DNA of 64,000 nucleotides from Harriotta raleighana (lineage: Eukaryota): positions 21,090,244-21,154,243 of the forward strand of contig JBNZDD010013732.1 of assembly GCA_050575255.1 (NCBI GenBank), written 5' to 3'. Of the stretch, positions 37,948 to 51,993 are shown piece by piece (positions within the stretch are counted from its first letter, which is position 1; every line of letters starts with the position of its first letter). The notes beneath the pieces were generated by a model. The model ran no database searches and was not told the origin of the DNA. It saw only the letters and a list, made by a program, of their open reading frames with translations. The position numbers and the translations under genes are program-made.

Positions 37948-40900
37948 GTAAGTCAAACTGGACAAGGTGTGGCTGTGTGACTTCTAGACCCTTGAATATT
38001 AACCTCTGATCCACGGAGAGAGAATATTTGGTTTTGCAGCGTGACATTAGATGTCGCGGCTAGGATTGTCACACCGTAAACAGAGACCATGACGAGGCAC
38101 ATGTCCCATTTGTTACATGTTTCCGTCAATGAATGCCTTGCTTTCTTTTCTAAAACAAAAACAATCCTGTTTTTTTGTTTTCTCAGCTTTTTCCATGGGC
38201 CGTCAGAGAGTTTTAGTTACCCTTATCTTTGGCAGTCACAAAAACCACAACATTATTACCTTAATTTTCTTGCAGTGTCAATCAATTTGATTTATTGCAA
38301 GATCCCATAATTATTTTTTAATGTTTATTCTGACCTTGCCAATCCATTCTTCCATTGCTCTTATATTTTTGTCTACTTCATTTCCTGCATGCAGTTTCTC
38401 CATGTTTCATTAAGATTCATGTGACTCTTCCATGGCAACAGTTTCAGGAGAATTTGCCAGACTCTTGTCTGTCGCCAAAGTTAAGTTCTTCAATATTGTG
38501 CTGCCTGAAAACTTGGCCCCAGTCTTTAGTTAAATCCCCAAGCCTCAAGGCCACAATTCCCAGACTGTAGGTTCCAAAGTACTATTGGCTTTCTTTAAAG
38601 CCTCTGGCTTGGACAGGCATTTTGTTCGTACCTAGTCAATGTTTGTTGCTTCTGCTTCATGTTGTTTCTGTGGATCACCTCAGATTCCTCAATCCCACCC
38701 TAATTAAAACTCAGCTCTTTCATCAGCACACAAAAAGCCTGATGGAGTTAACATTCCTTATCTACAGCTCTTAATTTATGATCAAAGCAATGTTTCTTTT
38801 AAGATCCTCACTGGTTTAGGCTGTTTACCAAAATGTGAAAGACAATGTGAAAGTCAGCATCCGTCATTTTTTAGCGTTGTTTTTCCCATTAGCAAGTTTA
38901 GACTGATGAGATGTTATGTTTTGGCCAACACTTTGATTTTTGTTTCGAATCTTGCATTGAGAGAATCCATTGTCAGAGCTCCCCGACTTGTCGATAAGAT
39001 CTTGTGGTATCAAGATCCTGCTTTTGCATTGCTTCTACTACAGCTGGCAAATATGTCTTCTGGCAGTAGCCGTGACGGCTGGCTATAGTTTCATTGTTTC
39101 AGATGCAGTGATTTTTTTTAAATGAGGATAAAAAGTTAATGTATTATGGCATTTTATAAACTTTCCAACTGTCTAATTTTAATATGCAGAACTAAACATG
39201 AACCTTCATTTTCCCACAAGGGCAGTGTCCAAACAAAAACTAAAATAGCTTGTGGTTCCTGGTTTGTTAACTGTCGTTTTTAATAACTGAGAGTGACAGT
39301 GAAATAAAACATACAATCATTTTATGCAATTGAACTGCCATGCGTCCAACCCATTCTAGCTGTTTACCAGTTACGCACATAGTGGTAAATAGGACTGCAT
39401 CTCCTCTTTCAGCCCTATTAAGAAAAGCTTTTGAAATCCTGAGGAGGTGCAGTTGTGATCACAGGGATAGTGGAGGGAGTGAAACAGCCAGAGCCATTTT
39501 TGTCAGATTGATATCTCATGCTGCAGTGTGCCTAGGAATAAAACAATTGTCATATTCTAGTGCTTGGCAAAGGTAGGCACGAGGTTTGCCATGCGCTGCC
39601 ACTTGAACAATGACAGTGGGAGCAAAGGCACAAGGATTAGAGCAGTAGACAAAGGTATGGTGCTGATGCTGGAGCTGTTGTTTACTCGTAATGCTCTATG
39701 GGATCTCTGCTGCATGGCTACATTTGCACGGTCGTTACTGGAACCCTGGGTTTTCCTATTTTGAGGGCTTTCTGTATCTTTTTATTTGCCTTCTCTATGA
39801 TATAATGTGTTTGAACAATGTCTGATTTCTGTTATAAATTTTGTGGGAATAAGCAATTTCAGATATATTTTGGGTTTTGACAGGAATTTTAGGCACTTGT
39901 GAAACTGAAGACTAATCTTGGCAACCTAGAGCAGTCCATGAATGTTTCTCAGATCACATACATTTCACCTCTCCTCCCTTGCCTACCGCCCACCCCCCAC
40001 CACTGCCAAAAAGAAAAGCTTGGTTGGGACATATTCACTGTGTATTGACAAACAATTTTGAATGTAGCAAGTCAAAAGGTTGGCATGAGTCATATAACTG
40101 CTATCCCTTCTGACCATCGGGAAATCCACAAAAAGACGCCTCCTGGAGTTGAACCTTAGCATTATCAGGATCCGAGTACAATGGGAACAATGGGAACACC
40201 TAAGTGATATCACATATTCAGCATCAGACTGCAAAGGTTTGGAAATCATTCCCCTTCGGGGGTGGGGGAAAACATGTTATTGTTTGGATTGATTTTTAAA
40301 ATACTTGACAAGTATTGGGGCCTCCATCTCCAGCCCACTAATGGCTGACTGTCATTTATACTGTCTGTTATTACCCGTTAGTGGCCATACACAAAGGAGC
40401 ATTTTCTCCACATTGCTGCAGGAGTGCATGGAAATGGCTTTGTGTATGTGCAGGAAAACATTTTAAAATGGGGCCTATTGCATTTCTTTTTCATCAATCC
40501 TATATTCAGACACATCAGGCTTTCAGCCATGATGGTGCATGTAGTCAGTATAAATATCTTGTAGTTTGTTTTAGCAAATATTTTATTTATGTATTTTTTC
40601 AATGTAATCCTTTTCTTAGCTGAATCACTACTAATGATCCCATGTATTGATAATTGCACAGCTATCCCTGGTGCAAGGAAGATGGTGCAAAGTGCATTTT
40701 GGCTGCATACAGTAGCTACATATCCAATATCTAATTGACGTTTTAATTAGACAATTCAGGAAGATTCAATGAGAGGCAGCCTGGATAGGTGTCAATATAA
40801 CAAATATTGATCTTCAGCATTATATATCAACAGTATAGTTACTTACTGGCCTCTATGATGCTTTCATCTAGGGCAGAATGGCTCTCTTTTGGGGGGATGA

Positions 40901-43575
40901 AGTTACTTCACTTGTGTGCAGAAATGTTTGTACAGCAATACATATATAGTTAGCACATTTGGCATTGTGAGGCATTAATGGGATTTCCCCATAATAGTTA
41001 TGCATTGCTAAAGGCAATATTTGCATTATTATTGAACAAAACTCCAGCCCATAGGACTTTAATTCAGTATTGGACTCATGAACCAATAATTGTGAAGAGT
41101 TAGAACGGAAAGCTAGTTTCAGAATCCAAGACACAATGTTGAGCTATCAACTGACATTGCAGTCAGAGTTCAATAAAATAAATGACTGAATCAAATTTTC
41201 TTGCCAAATCTCCAACTAGCCAAGCCTTTTATTGAACTCTGTAGTGGGAGTTGAGAGCAGTCTGCTTGAGATCACTTGAGATAGTCGATGATATTTTCGC
41301 CCACAAATATACAGTCAATTCACTTTACAGTATATTCTGTGAAGCGCTTTGGGACGTCGATAAGATGTGAAAAGCGCTATATCAAATGCAAGGATTATTA
41401 TTATTTATTATTATTATGCGAAAAGCGCCATATCAAACGCAATGACTATTATTATATTAACAATCACATAATTTTTTTTTCATATTCCCAGACATTGACA
41501 GTTCTGTTACCTAAGAAATTTAAACAAGTACTCCATGCATATGTACACTTAACGCACTATACTATGCATTATCCACATGTCAACTGAACTGTATTACACT
41601 GTTTGGCTCAGCAAATCCTGAAACCTATTAGTTCAATGAGATAAGCGTTTTACTGTTTGAGTATCTTTTGCATAATGTCTGCCAAGGTACATCAAGTCAT
41701 ATAAAGATAGAAATAAAAAATAGCTAATTGGATTTCCCAGACCTCAACGAATAAATGACTGGGATAGTGGTGTGTAGACACAGCAGATTGCGCTTGCGAC
41801 CGGAGATTTATATCAGATCATCTGCATATTTATAATCTGTGGTACAAATTACCTGATCTCAGCCTTGAGATCACATTTAGCCTCAGCATTCCTGGGTTTG
41901 GCCAACGTTCCTGTTTCTAAAACCTGTACAATGATCTCTTCCGTGTGCGCACGATGATGGTGAGGATGGCTTTGGGATTCTCTGTAATGCAGGAATTTTA
42001 TTGGTGTGGTTTAGGGGTGGAATATCAACTCTTTCAAGGGTTTGCCTTGGCTAGTGTATAGTGTGGGGATAGAGGAATTCTAGAAGAGAGTTCCAAAGAG
42101 GCAAAGTGTCTGAAAGTTGATGAGAGTAAGGTGAGAAAAAGGGATGACTTGAAAAGATGGCCATTGTTGGCACAGTGGAGTGTTTTGATGGAAAGGGTGA
42201 GGATCTATAAAGTCAATACTCTTGAAGTTAGGGAGCTAGTGGAACTAGGGGAGATAATGTGGTCTGTGAAGTTCTGGGTGATCTGGAGCTTGGAGAATGG
42301 CAAGCAGTGCAGTACATGTCTAGAGAATGACAAAGGTTAATGTTTACATGGTCTACGAAAGGAAAGATTTGATGGGCCAAATGGTCTTATCAGTAACTCA
42401 CTCAGTCTGTTTCTATAGACAATGACTAATCCCTACATATCCATCTGAACTTCTGCTTGTCTGACATGAACACTAGTTTTTTTACTTCAATAATTTCAAT
42501 GTTGCATTAGATTTGCATCAAACTTGTCAATGATTTCTCCCTATTAGACTTGACACAAATTCTGCAATGAAGACAGGCTGTGAAGCAAAACAAAATGCTG
42601 TGTTTGCTATGCTTTTGTCCCATTTAAGATGTCCTTGCAATCGGTTCCAGTATAATTCTATGGACCACAGGATTTGAGTTTATTTTCATACAGATAGGAA
42701 AAAGTTTCAATGCAAGATGAGACTTCACATTTCTGAATCTGCTGCACTGAACCTTAATGAAACACACACAGACAACACCCATGTCTCTGGGTAACAGTGT
42801 TTAACTTTTGCACTTATCATTCTGATTCAGGAAAATGAACATTTCTGAGACTGAGGGTTTAGTATATTAGTAGAAATAAAGCTGTGGATATGCTTATTTC
42901 ACAGACATCATTCCGGTCGCAATGCATCAGAGAGAAAGTGATCAATGTCTTGGTTACAAGCCCTGACATCATCATCATCATAATAATAATCCTTGCATTT
43001 AATATTGCACCTTATCATGCATATGGTTTCAGCCTGACATCCTTTTCCCCATACACTAATCAATAGGTAAAAATTGACTGTTTTTAAGAATCATGAAACG
43101 TTGCATATTTGAAATGAAACAGACTGTAAATTGTGACTGAGAATCAATACATAGGAACCATGTTCCTATGCATATAGAACCTATGATAATTCTAAATGGT
43201 GTGTCATGAAGAAACCAATGAGCAATTTAGCCAATTGTCAATGACTCTAAATTGGGTAGATTTAAACAATTGTCTCAACTTTAGCAAAAGCAAGTTGTTG
43301 TTGGTGGAGATCTAACACATAGTCATAATAAGGTGACTGAGCCTGCAAGTTGAGGCAGGCTTGTATGCCAGTTGCAGGCTGGTTCCTTACAGCTGATTAT
43401 GGAAGGTAGAGGGGATGGAATTGTGATTTTTTTTTTTGTCTGATGAACGCAGGATTATCAAGGTCACATCATTGCATCACATCACCCCAGCATTACTGTG
43501 TCATCACTCATCATTTTCTATGTCAAATAATGAGAATGTATGTGCTATAGTTGTAATATTGCAATGTTGATCTGA

Positions 43576-43704
<129 letters not shown>

Positions 43705-43856
43705 TAAGTAAAAAAGCTTGATTTACAGAGTGTAACGCCAAATCAGAAATACCAAAGAAAGATGCCCATCTTGCTATGCTCTGTTCCACCATCAGTTTAA
43801 GTGGGATGGACAGAGACCCTGACATCCTATCCCTGAGTAAATCTCAAAACATAATA

Positions 43857-44628
43857 CAGTAAAACCTTGTTTATCCGTGACTCGATGAACCGGAAAACCC
43901 GTTCAACCGCCACCTCAAAAAAAGTCCTGATTCGATTAACCGTAATTTATCCAGCAAATAGTGATGATACATTTAATGAATGGACTGTTGCAAGCGAGTG
44001 CAGTACTCGCAGTTGGCCACTAGGCGTGTCTAAACTGGTGAGATGCTCAGAGCCCTGGGCAGCAGCCATTTTTACAGGTGAGAGAGGGACACCCACACAC
44101 AGATAGAGAGACAGACACAGATAGAGAGACACACACACAGAGAGAGAGAGAGACACACTNNNNNNNNNNNNNNNNNNNNNNNNNNNNNNNNNNNNNNNNN
44201 NNNNNNNNNNNNNNNNNNNNNNNNNNNNNNNNNNNNNNNNNNNNNNNNNNNNNNNNNNNNNNNNNNNNNNNNNNNNNNNNNNNNNNNNNNNNNNNNNNNN
44301 NNNNNNNNNNNNNNNNNNNNNNNNNNNNNNNNNNNNNNNNNNNNNNNNNNNNNNNNNNTTACTTCGTTCGTTTTTATCTGCAATGGAAACTCACACATAG
44401 TTATGCTTGTCGAAGCTATTACAACACAGAAGTTGCTACTTTGGTCGATTTAACCTAAAATAGGTCATGTGAGGGCTTCGATTGCAAATTGAAGTGTAAA
44501 TAAAAGTACTAATATTCTGTTGTTATTTAGTCTTATTAATATGTTTTTTTAATTTTAAAAAAATCCATTCAACCGGAAAAATGGTTTAACCGCCACTGGC
44601 CAGGTTCCATAGGTGGCAGGTTTTACTG
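43857..44628. mobile_element. pogo/Tigger-like MITE spanning a GA/CA microsatellite and an assembly gap
   Basis: TA|CAGTAAAACCT ... AGGTTTTACTG|TA; same family as 2800-3188. Confidence 0.8.
44160..44358. other. Assembly gap (199 N)
   Basis: Run of N next to a (GA/CA)n microsatellite at about 44090-44158. Confidence 1.
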
Positions 44629-45668
44629 TAGTAAGATAAGATGTGAAAAGCGCTATAAGAAATGCAATGATTCTATTATTATTGTATTATTGTATTCTCA
44701 TTTGAACAAAGTACTATCAATGGGACAAAACAGTTCTCAAAGTTATGGCCTCATGATTAAGATACTGCTTTATCTTAATTTAAGAATTAAACCTGGGAAG
44801 TCTTTGAGTTGTCATGTTATTGTGATTGTAATGTTGGCCAACGGCAACGATTGAATTAATGTGAACACTGATGACTTCATTTGTTACCTGTGGTTCCAAT
44901 CATCCGTTCTGCTGGAGTAACACAACAGCAGGGGATAGTTGCAAACTAATCTCAGCAGCATCTCTAATTGCTATTTATCTAATCTGAAATGTGGACAACA
45001 ATTATGTGTAGAAAGGAATTATTCTGCTTTATCTATTTTCCCACAAGGCACAACAACCCCCAAACAATTCATACCCCTAAAAATCTTATCTGTACACATG
45101 GACTAGTAGACATTTTATGTTTTGGAAGGCTCTATAGCCCATCCTGCCTGCATTGGTAGTAAGAGTTGAACTGGAAGACAGACTTGCTAAACTAAAGATG
45201 TAATTTTCCCCTTAGGACCCTGATATTTATCGGTAAGTTTTAGTCTTGGCTTTTGAAGTAAATCCCCAAGTGAGCACATAAAGGGCACAAGGGAATTTGT
45301 AAAATAGGTTGTGTGAAATTTATTTCTGCTATTTACCGAGCAGAATATAGCATACACTAAAGCTACAAGAAGATTGTAAATAAAAGTACATAATGTAAAA
45401 ATAGTTTGTGGAAACGCGGTCCGCTTTATTGAAATTGTATTCCTTATTGCCCTGTAAATTTATATTATCTATATGATGCAATTAAATGTATAAACAGGAA
45501 TGAGATTTTGCTATAATCTGAAAGATTTGTGGGCAAATTGGATTAAATATGAATTTCAGTTGGGTAGACTTTTCTTCTAAGGGTGACATTGCTTTATGTA
45601 CTCTAATGCAATCTCCATATTCTTACAGAGTGTACTGATCAACAACTTTGCAATCTTGTTTCCTTCAG

Positions 45669-45774
45669 TGTTTCCCCTAACCTTGAGCTAGAAGCCCTTT
45701 TCAAGAGACATTTCACTCAAGTGGAGTTTTATCAAGGATCTGTGCTCAACCCTCATGATTTAGCCAGAGTGAAG
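45669..45774 (+). CDS. KCNMA1: KCNMA1 exon 11 (RCK1; E399): (N)[35 protein letters not shown]
   Basis: ccttcag|TGTTTCC...GTGAAG|gtaaca; 106 nt; phase 2 in, phase 0 out. Confidence 0.98.
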
Positions 45775-46815
45775 GTAACAACTGCAGGCTTCTTTCGTTA
45801 TGTGTGTATATATGAACATTTTACTGTAGTACATTTATTATTTTTTATCTTAGAATGTAGAAATATTGCTCCAGTTACTGGCTTAATATCTGCTCTTTTT
45901 CAATCTCTCCAAAGATCTTCTGGTTTACTTTGTACTTATCACTAGATGCTTTTTGTTTCAATAAACTGTATAGAACACATAGCATGCCATGTGGAAGAAC
46001 CCAGTATCATTAGAATTGTTATTCCCCAGAAACGGTTCTATTCTCACAGTTCAGATGATCTACAGGGTGAGGAAGGAGGAATACAGAAAAGAAGGGGAGA
46101 GGGAGAGTCGAAATTGGCTAACCTGCAAAATACATCTGGATATATTTAAGATTTGTAACATTTTGACTAGGTTTTGTTTCAAGAATGCATTGTTGTATAT
46201 ACAATTAAATGTGGTTGTTGAATACACAAGAATAGAAACACAGTGAGGTTGAAAAGTATGTCACGCATGAACTATTTGGGCTAAAATGACAACACGTAAT
46301 ACTAGAAACATTGTAGTAGCAGAAAAAATGAGCTCCAGTGGAATTCTGGAATTTAAGGAAGAAACCAGCCGAAACTGTTGAAATAAAATTCTCCTCTGTC
46401 TGATTAGTGTGAATTTGAAGTAGTTAAATTCTAGGTCACCCTCAGGATAGCTGTAGCAAAGGAAGGTATTTTCCTGAGGTGGGCAGAATGGAGGAAGCTT
46501 TGATTCTTGTTTAAATGTATTATCTGAAACTTTTACTGGTTGTATATATATATATATATATCTGGTGGGGATAGTACTGTTTCATTTGTTCCCTCTATGG
46601 CGTTTTTTCTTGTCTGAACATATTAAAACTTTTTCCTTGGATAAAAGGTATATACTTCTTTAAAAATCAAATTTTTCTTAAAGCATCAATTTATTGTAAA
46701 TGACGATGTTCGGTAAGGATGTTTGAGTCTGTAACATATTAGTATATTATTTTTAAATCTGCTCTCCATCTGCTTTGCCACTTTTCACTTGCTCTTTGTG
46801 TTTCCCACATCTCAG

Positions 46816-46898
46816 ATAGAGTCAGCAGATGCCTGTCTTATTCTGACTAATAAATACTGCGGAGATCCTGATGCAGAGGATGCATCCAACATTATGAG
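46816..46898 (+). CDS. KCNMA1: KCNMA1 exon 12: [27 protein letters not shown](R)
   Basis: atctcag|ATAGAG...ATGAG|gtaaat; 83 nt; phase 0 in, phase 2 out. Confidence 0.98.
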
Positions 46899-46946
46899 GT
46901 AAATGATGATTTATGAAGGCTGAACCCCCAATATTTCCTGTTCATT

Positions 46947-47092
46947 CAATCAATCAATCAAAATTACATTTATATAGTGCCTTTCATGTCGGGAGGACAT
47001 CCCAAGGTGCTGTACAGTCAAGGAGGAATCAGAGCGGGGGAGAGGGGTCGGGGGAAGGAAAGTAGGAAAAATTGACTATATTTGTGGGAAAA
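46947..47092 (-). mobile_element. 3' part of a Deu-core/L2-tail element with a (gatt)n tail
   Basis: (caat)n caaaattacatttatatag...gggaggacatcccaagg; same family as 50412-50645. Confidence 0.75.
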
Positions 47093-48016
47093 ATATCATT
47101 CAATATTCACAGGAATTATTCAAATACATGTTTGTTAATTGAGAGATTTCTCAACTTTGTTTTGTGAGTGCAGAGATTGTATATGTGTGTGTGAGGTGGG
47201 GGTGAGGCAGAGGGTGGCGGGGGGGATGAAATTCTTCTTGACGCTGAGTGTGGGTGACTTTGAGGAATGTGTGCTTAGAATGGGAAAACCCCAATAGAAA
47301 ACATTCAAACCAGTCAAGTCATTGAACACAGTAATGAAAGGAATTCCCTGTTTTATATGTTTGGAACTCTCAAAGTTATTCTACTGACAAACCTGGATTC
47401 AAGATTTGACAAATAAAAAGGTTAGGTGGTAACAAACATGCATGTTAAAAGGCTGTAGAATGCAGAAGGGAAAGAACAGTGAAAGAGGTAAGGATATCCA
47501 TAGCTTTAAGATCCTGGGAAAGAACAAGTTGGAATGAGTTTTGATACCAACACAATGATTATACAGGATGTAGGAGATCTGCTTTTGATGCTTTGGCGAG
47601 GAATCCCAAGAGTTGTACATTTCAAACTCAATGTGTTGCAACTCATGAAAGGGACACCTTCCTTATTTGTGTTTCCTTTGAAATGTAGTTTGCAGCTGGA
47701 CTGTTATGACTTGATCCACATCCTGCTTCTCAGGAAAATTTTGTTAAATTGCTTTCACATTTACTGTACATAGGTACATTTTCCAAATTGTTCTTATTTT
47801 CTGTCTTTGAATATTCCTGATGTATTTAAAAGCTCTGATTGCCTCGATGAATGGACATTTCATCAAAATATTATTTCAAAAAGCCTCAAACCGCTGATAG
47901 ATGGTATGGAAATTGAGTCTTGTTGGGGATGTGAATTTCATTCAGTGTTTTAGCTAAAGCATATGTTTTTTTTCGAAAAGCATCCAGATCTTAATAAATG
48001 TTTCTTTCTCATTTAG

Positions 48017-48086
48017 GGTAATATCCATCAAAAACTATCATCCAAAGATAAGAATCATTACGCAGATGTTGCAGTATCACAACAAG
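48017..48086 (+). CDS. KCNMA1: KCNMA1 exon 13: (R)[23 protein letters not shown]
   Basis: catttag|GGTAATA...AACAAG|gtcagc; 70 nt; phase 2 in, phase 0 out. Confidence 0.98.
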
Positions 48087-48874
48087 GTCAGCGCACTTTT
48101 AATTGTATTTATCTGCTCAGATTTGTGTTTGGAAATATCTAAAAAATATTTGCCTGGTTTTTAAAAATTCTAAAGTTGAACTTATTGAACACACCACCTT
48201 ATTGACACCAATGTCTTCGCCCTTAAATTCCCTTCACTCACTGGCACCTCTTGAACTCTATCTTCTGCTACCCTACTCGTCTGCTTGTCACTGCAGCTTA
48301 GCGACCACAGCTACCAATACAAGTTGCCAATACAGCTACCAATGCAGCGTTCCAGAGAGTTGTTGCTGTTGGTTGATGTTTAGTAAAATGCCATTTCAAC
48401 CACGTCAACAATTGTTTGGATGCCAGTTACATAAAATCTATGTAAATTTCTTGCCTCCATCTTCTGTACAAAGTGTTCCTGACCTCGACTGTTCCACTGC
48501 AGGAATCCCTGAACAGATGCTTTGAAATACCCTAAGAAACCTTTCAAAGTCACTCACAATTATTAGCACATTATAGACCAGTGCTAAGATGTAGCTTCTT
48601 AATCTGCAGTCATTACCCAAAAAATAGGAATTATCTACCCCTTTCAAGGGAAACGTTTGTGCTGAACTCTGGGGTTATTATTGAGCACTTTTTGCAAGCA
48701 ACTGATTTGTATTCAGAACTTGCACTATAATCACGCAATGAAAGATTGACTACAGCTGACAAACAGCACAGGATAATATCTATTCCTAGTTCCAATTTAG
48801 GAATAATTTTGAAAAATTGGAAGATATTTGGCTAACTGGAAAGTATGTGCACAACTACCGCATGTGCATAAAAG

Positions 48875-49392
48875 GAGTTCTATAGCTTGGTGGTTACAGC
48901 ACTTGCCTCACAAATGAAAGACCTAGGTTCTATTCCTGGCACAACAAAATGTTGGGCAAGTTTCCTGCCTCACATTCCTCTGTTTACCTAGCAATGAGTA
49001 GGAACCAGGTTGTTAGTTGATTGGCAGATCATTTTTCCAGTGATAATAATCCCTAAAAAAAAGTGGGCACTCAATCCATGACCTTCTGTGGGACACTGCT
49101 GTGTGCAATTGGCTGTCACATTTCGCTCACAAATATACAGTAAATTCATTTTACTTTTCAAATCAGGAGGATGTCCCAAGGCTCTGGACAGTCATTGTTT
49201 CAGACCTGAGCTGGGGTCGGGATTGGGGAAGGTGGAGGGAAAGGGAGGGATTTGCGGTGACTGAGGGGACAGTCAAAGAGGAGGGTCTTGAGGTGGGATT
49301 TGAAGGAGGATAGGGAGGGGGCAAGGCGGAGGGTCTTTAGGATGGAGTTCCAGTGAAAAGCATTGTATCAAATGTAAGGATTATTATTATTA
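48875..49392 (+). mobile_element. Deu-core SINE interrupted by an antisense L2 3' fragment (about 49150-49352)
   Basis: tRNA-like head ggagttctatagcttggtgg, core gtgcaattggctgtc, tail aaatgtaaggattattatt. Confidence 0.75.
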
Positions 49393-50411
49393 CAGCTAGC
49401 AGTTTGCTGGTAATCATGATTATGATTTTCTGATGCTCCCTTTCCATTCACCCTCCAAAGAAACTTTGGCGCTGTAGCATGCAATTAGATTTAATCATCT
49501 TAAAACAGAAACACAACACTCGTGTTTTGCTTTTACACATGTTTCTGAGGAAGTGTTCCCTGGAGCCACTTGCTATTCATTACTTGTGGAAGCCATTATC
49601 TCCCTGGGCTCATATCACAGAACATGGCATTAAATGAAGCACATACAGCAATTTGTATTTCGTCCTTTCACGTTGGGAGGACGTTCCGAGGCGCTGGACA
49701 GACAAAATTCTGGACCCGAGCTGAGGGTAGGGATTGGGGAGAGTGGAGGGTAGGGTGGACGGTCAGTGTGGCTCTACCATGTGAATGCTATGGCTAAATA
49801 GATAATTATTTTTAAGGAATATGACTTCCTGAGAATTATCGCATTGTTTCAACTAGTCCCAGGCTATCTACAGATATTTCTATAACATCTATTCACCTGC
49901 CAGCATTGGCAACTCTCACCTTGATTGGGAAAACTTCAGATGAATAAGAAACAGCATTGTAGCAATACTTTTCTGTAGTGCACTGAAAGGAATCAGAACA
50001 AAAGTGTGAGATCAGAGTGCGAGGACACCAATGAATTTAACTTGTTTCTGACCAGTGTTTTAAACCCCAGCTCTTATTCATTTTCACGGTAAAGCTCACA
50101 GGCAAAAAAAATTGTATCTGGTCAGCTGGGTGTCTGACACATGTGGAAACCCATCAAGAGTATCCAAACCAAGCTGAGAATTCCATACATCCCACCTACA
50201 CATGGAAATTCCAGAGATAAATTGTTGGAATGGAATGCGCACTCTCCCAGGAGGGATACATCCTGCTTACCTAATTCTTAGGCACAGGTAAACAAGAGCC
50301 ATGGCTTGGGAACACCAGAGTGTGCGTTGGGGTATGCTAAAACTGCAAAGCTTGTCCTTAAGGTGACGTAAGGCCCAGAATTCCTCCCAGTCAAATTCTG
50401 TGTCATGGTAG

Positions 50412-50645
50412 AATCAATCAAAATTACATTTATATAGTACCTTTTACTTCGGGAGGATGTCCCAAGGCGCTGTGCAGTCAAGTAGGGGTCAGAGCGAGGG
50501 TGGGAGGGGTCGGGGGAAGGAAAGTATGAAAAATGGACTATATATTTGTGGGCGAAAACGCGGCAGCCAAATTGCGCACAGCAGTGTCCCACAAACAGTC
50601 ATGGAAGTGGGGTTAGGGGAGAAAGGAGGGAAAGATGGCGATTAG
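50412..50645 (-). mobile_element. Deu-core element with L2-type tail and (gatt)n end
   Basis: Contains gcggcagccaaattgcgcacagcagtgtcccaca with CpGs retained; reverse complement of 59420-59651. Confidence 0.8.
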
Positions 50646-51684
50646 AAATCTAGTTCTTCAAAAAGTCTGACTTACAAGTTGAGACTAAATTTAAAGAATT
50701 TTCCACAACCTGGGGTCTTTGTTTAGAAAAAATGCTTTGGCAGCCTAGTGAGGCAGAATTTGAGGCCTCCAGTTGATTGGCTAGCAAGTTTATTGATTGG
50801 TTGGTGAATTTTCACCATTTTTTTTTCTGTGAGGCTTTGCTTAAGAAGCAGAGGCTGTTTGAAACAGTTGCTTTAAACAATGCAAGTATTGTTACTTCAA
50901 TAGTGCCTGAAGCCAACACATCACACCAGTGAAACTAAGTGTCTTGCCTCAGTGTGTGCACTGATCTTTGAGATTGTTAAAGGATAAATTAAATTATTGC
51001 TGGGTAAATGAACATCATGGAATGCAATTGTCTGCCAACTCCTAATAAGTTTCTCAACACAACATTGTTTTGTGTTCGATTGCTGGGGAATGAGTCAAAT
51101 AGAGGCGTGAAAGTGGCTCAGATCTGAGCTTTCCTTCCACAACAATTTAAGAAAAATGTTCTGTTGCACATCTTACTTTGCCTTTGTGGACCTAAATGTG
51201 TTTATTTTCCTCTAATGGGCATTATCGCAATACCACTAACAGAGGTGGCTCAAGCTGATTTTATTACTGTATTCAGATTTTGCATCCAATTTCACCTTAT
51301 ATTATAAAAATACATCTTACTTTTAAAATCCAGATGCACACTACAGGTTGGTTGATTAAGCACTGTCAGTTCCAGTACAGTGTGAACAGGATGCAAAATT
51401 TATGTTTCTTACAATGAATGTGCTGAAGCTACCCTACAGCTTTGCAGCTCATTCAGGACAAAAATTCTTTGTCGGCATTTTTTGTATTAATAATGATAAA
51501 TAAAACAAAACATTTAGTGCATAAGATCTGAGGTGCTCAGGGGAGTCCACAGATGAATTGACAACAGATGTGAATACAGATTTAACTGCAGAATGTTGGT
51601 GTGTGGGTTTTCAAGTGCGTCTTGTTGCAAAAAGATTGCAAAGAAAAACAAAGATGCTTATTCTGATCCCATCAACCATTGTGA

Positions 51685-51993
<309 letters not shown>

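Noticed and set aside
43453-43462. Possible 10-nt microexon (poly-T...cgcag|GATTATCAAG|gtcaca) before exon 10
   Set aside because: Weak donor (gtcaca) and frameshifting length; the region is better explained as part of the YCAY element.
44072-44458. ORFs spanning the N run
   Set aside because: Artefacts of the assembly gap and the adjacent microsatellite.
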